IMG/VR virus record: IMGVR_UViG_3300010163_000008
Span: 64,001-116,952 of that record
Origin: a virus
Taxonomy: Duplodnaviria > Heunggongvirae > Uroviricota > Caudoviricetes
Strand: one strand, 5' to 3'
DNA: 52,952 nt
A program made the position numbers and the translations under genes. Positions 29,700 through 38,085 of this stretch are shown in pieces. Each line of letters begins with the position of its first letter. Position 1 is the stretch's first letter. The notes beneath the pieces were generated by a model. The model saw only the letters and a list, made by a program, of their open reading frames with translations. It was not told where the DNA came from and made no database searches.

Positions 29700-31357
29700 C
29701 AGTTGCCCTCTCCTTCCAATTCATCCCAAATCTTTATCTGCATATCTGCAAATAACACTTCTTTGCCAGTCCATCCTGATATACAGAAACATCTACGCGC
29801 CATCTGTGGTAGCACATTATTATTATATCCTGCTGTTTGAGTGCTAATCACGTTAACATTATTGTTTACTTTGCGCCTATAATCAAGAAGGATTTTGTAT
29901 ACATTGATATGCGGCTGATAGCTGACTCCATGACCATAACCTAATTTAGTGTATTCTTTCATATGAGCATCTGTGCCATATAATCCACCTAAACCAGCTT
30001 GTTGGTCAGAATAGATAAATATGTTGTCATATTTATCTTGATTCTTCATAGCTTCACGGAAGAATATCCAAATGCCGCCTTCTGTAGCACCACCAATACC
30101 TTCACCAACTTTATTGATTTCTGCCAACTTACGTAGTATTCTATCATGTTTAGATATAGGTACAATTTTTAGTTTATCACCAAAAACACCTACATAACCT
30201 TCATCTGAACATTTAGCAGATATAATAGCAGATAAATTGTCTATTTCAGCTACTGTTACTGTACCATATTCAGAAGTAAAGCCACCCCACGCACTTCCTG
30301 AGTTATCAGTAAGACACATAGTTTTACCTTTTAACCTAGGTAGATTCTGTATAGAGATATCTACACAATCCTCTAGTGCATCAAGGAGTATATCTCTATG
30401 ATGTATTCTACTATCATGTTTAATGACTTTATACGCCGACCAATATCTAAACGGGAATTGTTTGCCACGCTGTACACCAGATTTAAGTTGTTCTATAACT
30501 TTATCTAGCACCTGTACATCATCAATTTCAGTAAATATACCACGTAGATTTCTCAATAAAGCCATATGTGGTATATTGATATTCTCAAGAATATATTTCC
30601 AATCTTTTCCCTCTGATTTTAACTGATTCCATGTAAGTTGATTAGTTTCAACATCTACATCACCAGTGCGCATAAGCTCATCAATAATCGCTGAATGAGC
30701 ATGACATAACCGAACACCATTTATCATTCCGATTTCAGCGTTCTTGTATTTATTAACATTATACCTATCCAATGAGGAAAGTTTATTAGCCCACGTCCTT
30801 TTTAGAATACTAGGCATTTTAGCTTTACCCTCATTCTGATAAAGATAGTATGCCATTTGCACCATAGGTTCATCAGCCCTACGCATTACTTGTTTCTGAT
30901 AATCATTGAAACAAATCTTATCGGTAAACTCTTTGCGTTTAGGGTGAATAGCCGCCCTAACCATAATGATTTGCGGATTAAGCCGTATATTATATGTGTT
31001 CCTAAGTTCTACAGCCCAATCTAACGTACCAACATAATCATAAGTAAGCGCATCGTCAATAGCCGATATCATCAATTCAGTAGTAGTCTTGCCTTCATAA
31101 TCTTTGGATATAATTGAATCTGCACCAAAAATTGTTGATATCCGATACACATAAGATTTGCTTGGCTTCTTTTTATTTAATCCACCGTCTCTATAATATG
31201 ATGGTTCGCCAAAAATGCTCGAAGCTGTAATCATCTTTAATGTAGTAAGTGGGTCATATAAATAACTCTCGCCACCATCAAAATTAGTTACAATCTCGTC
31301 TAATCTAAGGGTCTGTTCGCTACGTTTTTCAGCGACTGCTTTAGATAATTTAGACAT
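29699..31357 (-). CDS. Ro60/TROVE-domain RNA-binding protein with C-terminal vWA domain
   Basis: N-terminal NFDGGESY..DP..L..G..SYY; helical TROVE region (MALLRNL, FPFRY); MIDAS DNSGS and SDQQ. Confidence 0.9.
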   Translation of the reverse strand: MSKLSKAVAEKRSEQTLRLDEIVTNFDGGESYLYDPLTTLKMITASSIFGEPSYYRDGGLNKKKPSKSYVYRISTIFGADSIISKDYEGKTTTELMISAIDDALTYDYVGTLDWAVELRNTYNIRLNPQIIMVRAAIHPKRKEFTDKICFNDYQKQVMRRADEPMVQMAYYLYQNEGKAKMPSILKRTWANKLSSLDRYNVNKYKNAEIGMINGVRLCHAHSAIIDELMRTGDVDVETNQLTWNQLKSEGKDWKYILENINIPHMALLRNLRGIFTEIDDVQVLDKVIEQLKSGVQRGKQFPFRYWSAYKVIKHDSRIHHRDILLDALEDCVDISIQNLPRLKGKTMCLTDNSGSAWGGFTSEYGTVTVAEIDNLSAIISAKCSDEGYVGVFGDKLKIVPISKHDRILRKLAEINKVGEGIGGATEGGIWIFFREAMKNQDKYDNIFIYSDQQAGLGGLYGTDAHMKEYTKLGYGHGVSYQPHINVYKILLDYRRKVNNNVNVISTQTAGYNNNVLPQMARRCFCISGWTGKEVLFADMQIKIWDELEGEGN

Positions 31358-31386
31358 AATAATACTCCTTTACTCCCTTTATTTCT

Positions 31387-31731
31387 TTAACTTATTGATG
31401 CACTAATTGCGTCTACAACATCCAGATAATCGTCAATTATATCTAATATAGTTTCTCGATTTTTATTATCTGAAAACTGTCCAACACAATCAGTCATATA
31501 CTTATTATATTGTTTTTCATCATCCTGTATTAAATCTAATACAGAGACATTGAATAAATTAGCTAGCTTTGACAATCGTTCAAAAGTAGGAAGTACTCTT
31601 CCTTGCATAAGGGCTTTTACTTGTTGTTCTGTATACCCAAGAGTTTGACTTAATTCTGCATCAGTAATATCCTGCTTATCTGCTAATTGTCGAATATGAT
31701 ATCCTAACATCCTTGCTCTTAGCATCGCCAT
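31387..31731 (-). CDS. XRE-family HTH transcriptional regulator
   Basis: IRQLA..QDIT.AELSQ.LG.....V..L.QG..LP.FE.L.KLA.LFNVSV. Confidence 0.8.
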   Translation of the reverse strand: MAMLRARMLGYHIRQLADKQDITDAELSQTLGYTEQQVKALMQGRVLPTFERLSKLANLFNVSVLDLIQDDEKQYNKYMTDCVGQFSDNKNRETILDIIDDYLDVVDAISASIS

Positions 31732-32437
31732 GACACTCCCTCATTATTTTTGGTAGTACTGGGTCTACCGCTGGTCTACTGATATCTGCCTTTACAGTTT
31801 TTAGGCTATCACTCTTTATAGGCTTTCTTTCAAAGCCTACATCAGGATTCTCCCAAGCCTGTATTACTCCACTGACATATGCCATTTTCATACTCCTTTG
31901 GTATTTTTGGTTTATGAACGGGTGTCGTATACACTTGTTCTCTCTGAGGTACACTATATGGCGGATTTTTAAATGTATCTGAATATACCTGAGAGTGAAT
32001 ATATACTTTACTCATAATCATTATCTCCATTGTGTTTAGAATCATCAAAATAATAATATTTACCCATCGCAAAACAATCTATTTCTTGTTGAAAGGTAGA
32101 TACTACTTTTCTAAATAACGCATTTGATAAGGCGCTTAAGGGTCTTTCAGCAGATGATAACCTCATACGCCTTTTGCGCTTGGCCTTGTGTTGTACTGTC
32201 TTAGTACTCACTCTTGTTCCTCTCTTATTCAACTAACTCAAATGATTTTGTTCCGGCAGGCGTTTGTATTTCTGTACCTAATTGAGTAATATCGCATATG
32301 TACGTAGCGTCTTTGCTAATTAGTTGTTTACCCGATACCTTTTTAATATGAGTATATTCAACATTCACTCTGCCAAAGTTGTCAACAGTTCTGCAACTAA
32401 CAACCTTACCAACAAAATCTTTTTTCTTCATTTTCAC
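31676..32437 (-). CDS. Cluster of about four small hypothetical ORFs (starts uncertain)
   Basis: Track ORFs 31676..31954, 31842..32072, 32008..32232 and 32225..32437 have internal RBS-linked starts; no recognisable domains. Confidence 0.35.
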
Positions 32438-32457
32438 TCACCTTTTATTTTCATTAA

Positions 32458-32499
32458 GGAAATGGTAGGAATTGCACCTACCCAATTACTAATATTTCC
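32458..32499 (-). ncRNA. tRNA-like minihelix (acceptor-like stem plus T-arm)
   Basis: GGAAAT-11nt-GGTAGG-TGCAATT-CCTACC-ATTTCC: 6+6 coaxial bp with a 7-nt T-loop-like loop. Confidence 0.55.
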
Positions 32500-32503
32500 A
32501 TAT

Positions 32504-32590
32504 AAAGCAATGAGAATAAGTTGTACAGTAGAACTTGTTTTCAGCCTACAAATCTAATAGAAGTAACTGTACAAACTGCTTCATTGCTTT
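32504..32590 (-). ncRNA. Y-RNA-like element B (87 nt)
   Basis: Outer stem AAAGCAATGA/TCATTGCTTT; motifs GAAGCAG, TACTTC and TTCTC; inner stem TTGTACAGT/ACTGTACAA. Confidence 0.7.
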
Positions 32591-32634
32591 AACAAAAAGG
32601 AGAAATAACAATGAAAACTTTGAAGAACTTGCGA

Positions 32635-32696
32635 CACGGATTGAAGATTCGCACTTCCATAGCCTTACCCTCTACCCAAGGGAATTTGCGTCCGTG
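32635..32696 (-). ncRNA. tRNA-like element lacking an anticodon arm
   Basis: CACGGA/TCCGTG closing stem, D-like CCCT-TGGGTAG-AGGG hairpin, T-like GAAG-TGCGAAT-CTTC hairpin. Confidence 0.5.
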
Positions 32697-32700
32697 ATAA

Positions 32701-32834
32701 ACTAATGAGAATATTAATTGACTGTGTATATATTCTAAAAAGAAGGTTGTCTAAACAGGAAAGGAGGTGTGTTCGGAAAGGAAGAACATAAGTTATATTA
32801 TAGAAGAAGTAACAGTCAACTCTGCTTCATTAGT
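32701..32834 (-). ncRNA. Y-RNA-like element A (134 nt)
   Basis: Outer stem ACTAATGA/TCATTAGT; motifs GAAGCAG, TACTTC and TTCTC; inner stem AGTTGACTGT/ACAGTCAATT; pyrimidine-rich loop. Confidence 0.7.
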
Positions 32835-32843
32835 ACTTATCAG

Positions 32844-33002
32844 TTATTTGCTTTCTTCTCGTTGCATTTCATACACCTTATCTAATAGTTTATAATATCT
32901 GTCTGATTTACGAGAAGGTGTACTGCCGTGTGATGATAAATATATAACCTCAAAAGCTGTAAGGCGTTTCTTACCGTTTTCAATATCTTTTTTATGTTCC
33001 AT
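32844..33002 (-). CDS. Hypothetical 52-aa protein
   Basis: RBS GAGGT; MEHKKDIENGKK...; absent from the track. Confidence 0.5.
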   Translation of the reverse strand: MEHKKDIENGKKRLTAFEVIYLSSHGSTPSRKSDRYYKLLDKVYEMQREESK

Positions 33003-33014
33003 AAATTACCTCTT

Positions 33015-33212
33015 TCAAAATCTACTCAATGCTTGTCCTATCATCTTTTTAGTAGTATTTCCATAGAAGTCTCTTAAACCTTCTTCATAAAAACAAGCAT
33101 TTTGGTTTTGAGCCGCTTTATATATACCATTATTCGGACACCCAAAGTCACTAACGTATATTATACTAATATGCGGTTCATTTTGCAACTGGATTGGAAA
33201 TAATGATTGCAT
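33015..33212 (-). CDS. Hypothetical 65-aa protein
   Basis: RBS AAGGAG. Confidence 0.5.
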   Translation of the reverse strand: MQSLFPIQLQNEPHISIIYVSDFGCPNNGIYKAAQNQNACFYEEGLRDFYGNTTKKMIGQALSRF

Positions 33213-33246
33213 ATTATGTCTCCTTACAGATTCTCAGGTTACACAT

Positions 33247-34425
33247 TTATTTGTGTAGATTTTCATACGTCATTAAAACATCAAAGTACTCATCAGCAAT
33301 ATCTGGACAAAATTGTTCAAGCGCTTCCATATCTCGCCATGGTCTACCTTTAGCCCTGCCATCTTGAATATATCGTTCAAAGTCTCTTTGATATTCATTA
33401 TAATAACTATTCATACCTCTGCATTTACAGAAGTCTCTAAAATTTAACGTTTTAAACATTCGTGGCTGATTACACCAACTTGCAATACTTGTATATGTAC
33501 CAGAATATTTACTGGTATACGCTTTTTCGTAGCGCATAATATAAGGTAAAGCATTATATGATGCAAGAATCTTAACCCTTTCAAATGTGCTTCTAATATC
33601 ATTTATCCAAAACGCATCATCATATTTATCTTCTCTATCAAAACCACATAAAACATAAAATTTAAAACGACACCTGACTTTTGTAATAGGATAGAGTGAT
33701 TGAATACGCGCTAATTTGCTTTCAATAATCTCTCTATCTGCAATATTATCAAACGCAAATGTATATCTCCCGTCATACTTCCAGTGCATCAATTCATGTA
33801 TTTTCTCGTCAGTAAGTAAACGTTCGTCAAGCCCTTGTCTAAATTGAAATCGTTTACCTGTTGCCTTAACTTCATCAACAATGTTTTTCCATTCTGGACA
33901 AGCAAAGAAGTTATCATCAAGAAAACATAACTTTGGTCTTTCTGGGTCGAGAAACTCACTTACTGGTGAATGCTGATTACATCTTGTATAATTTTGATTA
34001 ACACAAAATGGACATTGACGAAAACAACCACGAGTTAAAAAACCAATTGAATAATCAAGATATGCGGCGAAATCTTTTCTTTTACCACCATTATTTAATT
34101 TGTCTTGCACCCACTCATCATACAAATGATAATCAGGGAATATATGTTCTATTTCGTCTGGTAGCCTCGGCGCTTTATCATAATAAAAACCAGTCCCCCC
34201 TATCGAAACATTAGGTAAAGATAAAACGTCTGTTGGTACTTCTGTATCAGTAAACACTTTAGATATGTATACTTTATCAAAATCGTCTAAAGCATTATAA
34301 CTTGTACATAGCTTTACAATATCACCTGCATTCTTATGAAATGAACTGATTTTCATAGAAGCTAAATTAGGAAAACGATGTTTTTTACGACCTATAAGGT
34401 CAGCGTCTACAATGCCTATATTCAT
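33247..34425 (-). CDS. Radical SAM protein with B12-binding-like N-terminus
   Basis: TRGCFRQCPFC (CxxxCxxC), LDDNFF, QGLD.RL; N-terminal FPNL..MKIS..HK..GD.V. Confidence 0.85.
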   Translation of the reverse strand: MNIGIVDADLIGRKKHRFPNLASMKISSFHKNAGDIVKLCTSYNALDDFDKVYISKVFTDTEVPTDVLSLPNVSIGGTGFYYDKAPRLPDEIEHIFPDYHLYDEWVQDKLNNGGKRKDFAAYLDYSIGFLTRGCFRQCPFCVNQNYTRCNQHSPVSEFLDPERPKLCFLDDNFFACPEWKNIVDEVKATGKRFQFRQGLDERLLTDEKIHELMHWKYDGRYTFAFDNIADREIIESKLARIQSLYPITKVRCRFKFYVLCGFDREDKYDDAFWINDIRSTFERVKILASYNALPYIMRYEKAYTSKYSGTYTSIASWCNQPRMFKTLNFRDFCKCRGMNSYYNEYQRDFERYIQDGRAKGRPWRDMEALEQFCPDIADEYFDVLMTYENLHK

Positions 34426-34478
34426 TCAATCAATCCTTTGTGTACTTATTACCCGCTAGGGGTAAAGGAAGAAAGTAT

Positions 34479-34577
34479 TAATCCTCTTCCTTTGTAGACT
34501 TGCAAGTCTTCTTATAAGTCTTTGCTGGTGCAAGGTCAATCATACGAGCTGCAATTAGTCCTTTAAAAAAGTTCATA
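34479..34577 (-). CDS. Hypothetical 32-aa peptide MNFFKGLIAARMIDLAPAKTYKKTCKSTKEED
   Basis: RBS AAAGGTGA upstream; short. Confidence 0.4.
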
Positions 34578-34608
34578 ATAAATAATCACCTTTCTTAATT
34601 TAAGTAGT

Positions 34609-34727
34609 AACAACGAGAATAATGTAGAACAGTATAATATATGTATTTATCAATACACTTTCTTGTTCCTTTAACAGTAATAATCATCACAAATTATTGA
34701 AGTAACTGTTCTATCTGCTTCGTTATC
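34609..34727 (-). ncRNA. Y-RNA-like element C (~119 nt), first element of the operon
   Basis: Outer stem GATAACGA/TCGTTGTT; motifs GAAGCAG, TACTTC and TTCTC; inner stem TAGAACAGT/ACTGTTCTA; begins ~10 nt after a -10 box. Confidence 0.7.
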
Positions 34728-34737
34728 CTCTACCTAT

Positions 34738-34766
34738 ATTATACGATAAATTCTTTCATTTGTCAA
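34738..34766 (-). promoter_or_regulatory. Phage promoter motif (Ro60 operon)
   Basis: TTGACA-N17-TATAAT, followed by ATAGGTAGA. Confidence 0.85.
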
Positions 34767-34802
34767 GTAAATTTTTAGAAATTTTTCATTTTTTTATGTA
34801 GA

Positions 34803-35081
34803 TTACTGAATACACTTCTTAAGTGCAGAGGCAGCTTTAGCCTTGACAACATCGTGTTCGGGGCTTTCCCAAGGTTTGCCATCAAGAGGGCTTACACCAG
34901 AACTTGCGGGAATAGTCACTCGTGAATAAACAACGTCATTAATCTTTACACTGTCGCCAGTTGCCATTTCCTTAACATACGCCTTAGTTGCGTCCTCAAG
35001 AGACATAAGTACATCATGTGCCATCTTCTGAGACATGCCAGAACGAGCTGCAAAATACTTCATGAAATTTGTGTTAGTCAT
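34803..35081 (-). CDS. HU-like DNA-binding protein
   Basis: 92 aa; A..SGMSQK.A..V...L, GDSVKI, G.SPLDGKP, VKAKAASALK. Confidence 0.75.
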   Translation of the reverse strand: MTNTNFMKYFAARSGMSQKMAHDVLMSLEDATKAYVKEMATGDSVKINDVVYSRVTIPASSGVSPLDGKPWESPEHDVVKAKAASALKKCIQ

Positions 35082-35154
35082 AATAAATTACTCCTTTTCA
35101 ATTCTTAGCATTAGTTTTTAGACGTTTCGGTCTTTGATTTCTTCTTACACCTAT

Positions 35155-35183
35155 ATTATACGATAAAATCCGTCATTTGTCAA
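35155..35183 (-). promoter_or_regulatory. Phage promoter motif (HU gene)
   Basis: TTGACA-N17-TATAAT, followed by ATAGGTG. Confidence 0.85.
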
Positions 35184-35212
35184 GTGAAAATCTGAAAATT
35201 TTTCAAAAAATT

Positions 35213-35482
35213 TTATCGTGGTGTAAACTTTGGTTTAAGCATACGATATGAAGTCTCTTCTACAAAGGTAATGCCATACCGTTCTGCTAAATAGATAATC
35301 CATTCATCTACAGTAAACTCATCAACAGTTGCTTCCAATGTCGGGAATTTTTGTTGAATATATTCCATAATACTGTAGGGGTCACAGATTTTATTATCCC
35401 AACACGTAGTCAAAGCGCTAGTTAGGTCATACCTATCTGCATCTTCAACTGCGGCTGACAATTCCTTATCATAATCAAACAT
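35213..35482 (-). CDS. Hypothetical protein
   Basis: 89-aa ORF in an operon. Confidence 0.5.
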   Translation of the reverse strand: MFDYDKELSAAVEDADRYDLTSALTTCWDNKICDPYSIMEYIQQKFPTLEATVDEFTVDEWIIYLAERYGITFVEETSYRMLKPKFTPR

Positions 35483-35484
35483 GG

Positions 35485-35859
35485 TTATATCTGCTGTTTC
35501 ATTTGCGCCTCACCAGATAATTCGGCAACTTTGACACTAGTCTTATTAATATCGTCAGATAACTCAATCTGCATCTTATAAGTTGTGTCTATTTCATATT
35601 TGGATGCTATGTATGCCATTGCTGATTCTGGTGATACACCTACATTAGATAGAGCGCATATTGCCCCACAGACTTCTGCAACACTGTCCATGCCTTTCTT
35701 AAATAGCGCTTTATCAACAGACATCTTATCAAAACCACTCATATCAAGTTCAATGAATTGATAATCAGAATCGTAATCTTCATCTGCTTTTCTTGCTATC
35801 ATTGAAACTAGTTTTTCATCAAATGACATTGCATTTGCACCATCTTTTTCCTTAGACAA
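35485..35859 (-). CDS. Hypothetical protein
   Basis: 124-aa ORF overlapping the upstream stop. Confidence 0.5.
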   Translation of the reverse strand: MSKEKDGANAMSFDEKLVSMIARKADEDYDSDYQFIELDMSGFDKMSVDKALFKKGMDSVAEVCGAICALSNVGVSPESAMAYIASKYEIDTTYKMQIELSDDINKTSVKVAELSGEAQMKQQI

Positions 35860-36442
35860 TCGTGTCCACTCCTTTTAATTCAAGTACCTCATTAGGCGTA
35901 AAGAATCTATCTTTGCGTGTAGAATTGTACTCATCTATTTGTTCTGGTGTCATAGCCGTGTACTTTAGAATAATCTCCTTTATTACACCCCTAAAATACT
36001 CAGAACACTCTATAGCATCTACAACATCATTATGTTTACCATAAGCTCCATAAGATATATCATGATACATATAGTGAGAATACCTATATGCTCTGCGTTC
36101 TGAACCACATATTGCAAGAATAAATCCCATACTATATGCTTTGCCAATATTAGTTGTAATTATTTTATATCCTTCTGATTTCATGCTCTCTATTAATGAT
36201 ACAAGAGCCAATCCATCAGCCACAAAACCACCATTTGTATTTATTTGAATTTCTATCGGTTCTTTCTCTTTGTTAAGTTTATTATCTATATCTCTTATTT
36301 TATTTAGATAATAGATAACCTCCGTAACAGAATCTTCAGACACTTCATCGTATAACAGTATTTTACGTTGATTTACTGCTAATGAAAATTTCATCTGCGG
36401 AATAGAGAAATTGGGAGTTTTAGTTAAATAATCTAATTCCAC
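35852..36442 (-). CDS. clpP: ClpP-like serine protease
   Basis: IQINTNGG.V.DG, GKAYSMG (Ser), YMYHD (His), RKDRFFTPNEV. Confidence 0.85.
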   Translation of the reverse strand: MELDYLTKTPNFSIPQMKFSLAVNQRKILLYDEVSEDSVTEVIYYLNKIRDIDNKLNKEKEPIEIQINTNGGFVADGLALVSLIESMKSEGYKIITTNIGKAYSMGFILAICGSERRAYRYSHYMYHDISYGAYGKHNDVVDAIECSEYFRGVIKEIILKYTAMTPEQIDEYNSTRKDRFFTPNEVLELKGVDTIV

Positions 36443-36460
36443 TACTTTAATTCTCCTTTA

Positions 36461-37678
36461 TTACATGGAATCAGCCAAGCTGGTAATAGGATTACGATAG
36501 TTGTGTTTGAGTTTTACACATCCAAAACAACTATTATCCTTAAAGACGTTTATCATGCGTTCTGCGCCACTATGAATAACATTAGTGTCAGTTTGCTCGA
36601 TAATGTCTCCTTCATATATCTGTTTACAACCTGCATTACAACGTTGTATAATAGTCTTCAACGTGTATATATCAAGATTTTGAACTTCTGTTACAAACAC
36701 TGCTGAATCACTATTAAACTCCACACCACGAATGTTAGCAGTAGGTATTATCTCTAATTCATTAGCAATAAGCAATGCTCTGACAGCATCAATACCACCA
36801 AATTTAGTAGATAATATATTCCCCAATGAGCCGCTCATGAGAAGTTTATCTTCATGATTGCCTTTTTCATAACCCAATGTTTTAGCTCCACGTAATGTAT
36901 CATAAGAATACACTACATAGATTTTAGATATCTTACCAGCCTCTAGTAACTTCATAAGATATGACAAAGTTAAGAATGTCTTACCACTACCAGCCCTGCC
37001 ATACAACATTGTTATGTCATTGTTTTCAATAGAATCCAACGCACAAACTTGAAACTCATCTTTAGGTTTTAATGTACCGAATGCTTTAGTCTTTATATTT
37101 TTATTAAGAGTTTGAACATATTTAGTACCATCCCATTTGAGCTTATCTATACATTCACCGCTATCATTATATAATAGTAGATACTGATTAATTAAACAAT
37201 CATATACATTCATATCTACATGAGAATAGAAGTATGCTAGTTCTTCATCTGTAACTATAACCTTCTTATAACCTCTATACAAAGGTGATTTAGGTGTAGA
37301 TACAGTTTCAATACCTAATATGTTAGCTTTGATTGTTAGATTTAAGTCATGTGTACATAAAGCTGCTTGATTTATGTAAGCGCTTGTAACTATGATATCA
37401 TCGTTTGCATTATAGCTGTTAAATTGCTGTTCCCCACCACTATACAATTCACCAGCAATTACTCTATTCATATCAAATGATATAATTTTCATGCTAGTAG
37501 TAATTTGTCTAATGGCATTTCGAGCTTGCATTGCTCTTTCTGTGTCTCTGTTTGTTTTTAGATTATCAAGTTCTTCTATAACCACTATAGGTATCACAAC
37601 ATGATAATCTTTACTCAATGCTTCAATAAGATTATTACAATTCATTAAGGCACTGGTATCTAATACAACAGATTTCAT
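36461..37678 (-). CDS. phoH: PIN-PhoH fusion (RNase plus ATPase)
   Basis: PIN: VLDTS, VVIEELD, NDDII, T.DLNL. PhoH: GRAGSGKT, IRG, EVQN, IQR.....K.I.EGD..Q.D. Confidence 0.9.
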   Translation of the reverse strand: MKSVVLDTSALMNCNNLIEALSKDYHVVIPIVVIEELDNLKTNRDTERAMQARNAIRQITTSMKIISFDMNRVIAGELYSGGEQQFNSYNANDDIIVTSAYINQAALCTHDLNLTIKANILGIETVSTPKSPLYRGYKKVIVTDEELAYFYSHVDMNVYDCLINQYLLLYNDSGECIDKLKWDGTKYVQTLNKNIKTKAFGTLKPKDEFQVCALDSIENNDITMLYGRAGSGKTFLTLSYLMKLLEAGKISKIYVVYSYDTLRGAKTLGYEKGNHEDKLLMSGSLGNILSTKFGGIDAVRALLIANELEIIPTANIRGVEFNSDSAVFVTEVQNLDIYTLKTIIQRCNAGCKQIYEGDIIEQTDTNVIHSGAERMINVFKDNSCFGCVKLKHNYRNPITSLADSM

Positions 37679-37684
37679 TTACTC

Positions 37685-37915
37685 TTATTCCCCTTTAAGA
37701 TGTGGATTTTTCTTAAAAAATGTTTTAACTTCTTTAGTCTCAACTACTGCGTACTTATGTCTACGCGATTTCTTTTTACGGTTAATTGTTGTGAAGTTTT
37801 TGTCATACTTCCCAAACCTAATTATACCCGCGTCCACCATCTCTTTAAAGATTCTCTTGTTCACCGTAATCATCTGGTGAATTTTCACTCCTTTTAATTC
37901 AATTTTATCTTTCAC
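37685..37915 (-). CDS. Hypothetical basic 76-aa protein
   Basis: First ORF after the promoter at 37948. Confidence 0.5.
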   Translation of the reverse strand: MKDKIELKGVKIHQMITVNKRIFKEMVDAGIIRFGKYDKNFTTINRKKKSRRHKYAVVETKEVKTFFKKNPHLKGE

Positions 37916-37919
37916 CTAT

Positions 37920-37948
37920 ATTATACGATAAATCCTTTTATTCGTCAA
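37920..37948 (-). promoter_or_regulatory. Phage promoter motif
   Basis: TTGACG-N17-TATAAT, followed by ATAGGTGA. Confidence 0.85.
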
Positions 37949-38085
37949 GTAAAAATGAGAAATTTTATTTTTTTTATTTCTCTCTTTCTCCCTTCTATTA
38001 GCTCGGAAACACTCACACTTAAAATATGTAGGAAACGTATATAACAAGAGGGACAGTCGATTGTATACGCTTCCTACACTACATA

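Noticed and set aside
32458-32696. Canonical tRNA genes
   Set aside because: T-loop-like hairpins are present but there are no anticodon arms or CCA ends; reported as tRNA-like elements instead.
32611-32697. Plus-strand 28-aa ORF (MKTLKNLRHG...) with a good AAGGAG RBS, antisense to the ncRNA cluster
   Set aside because: No plus-strand promoter seen; probably the complement of a pyrimidine-rich spacer. Not excluded as an antisense product.
32500-34730. CRISPR array suggested by the repeated GAAGCAG...TACTTC motifs
   Set aside because: Motifs are short, unevenly spaced and embedded in covarying stems; no cas genes and no constant-length spacers.
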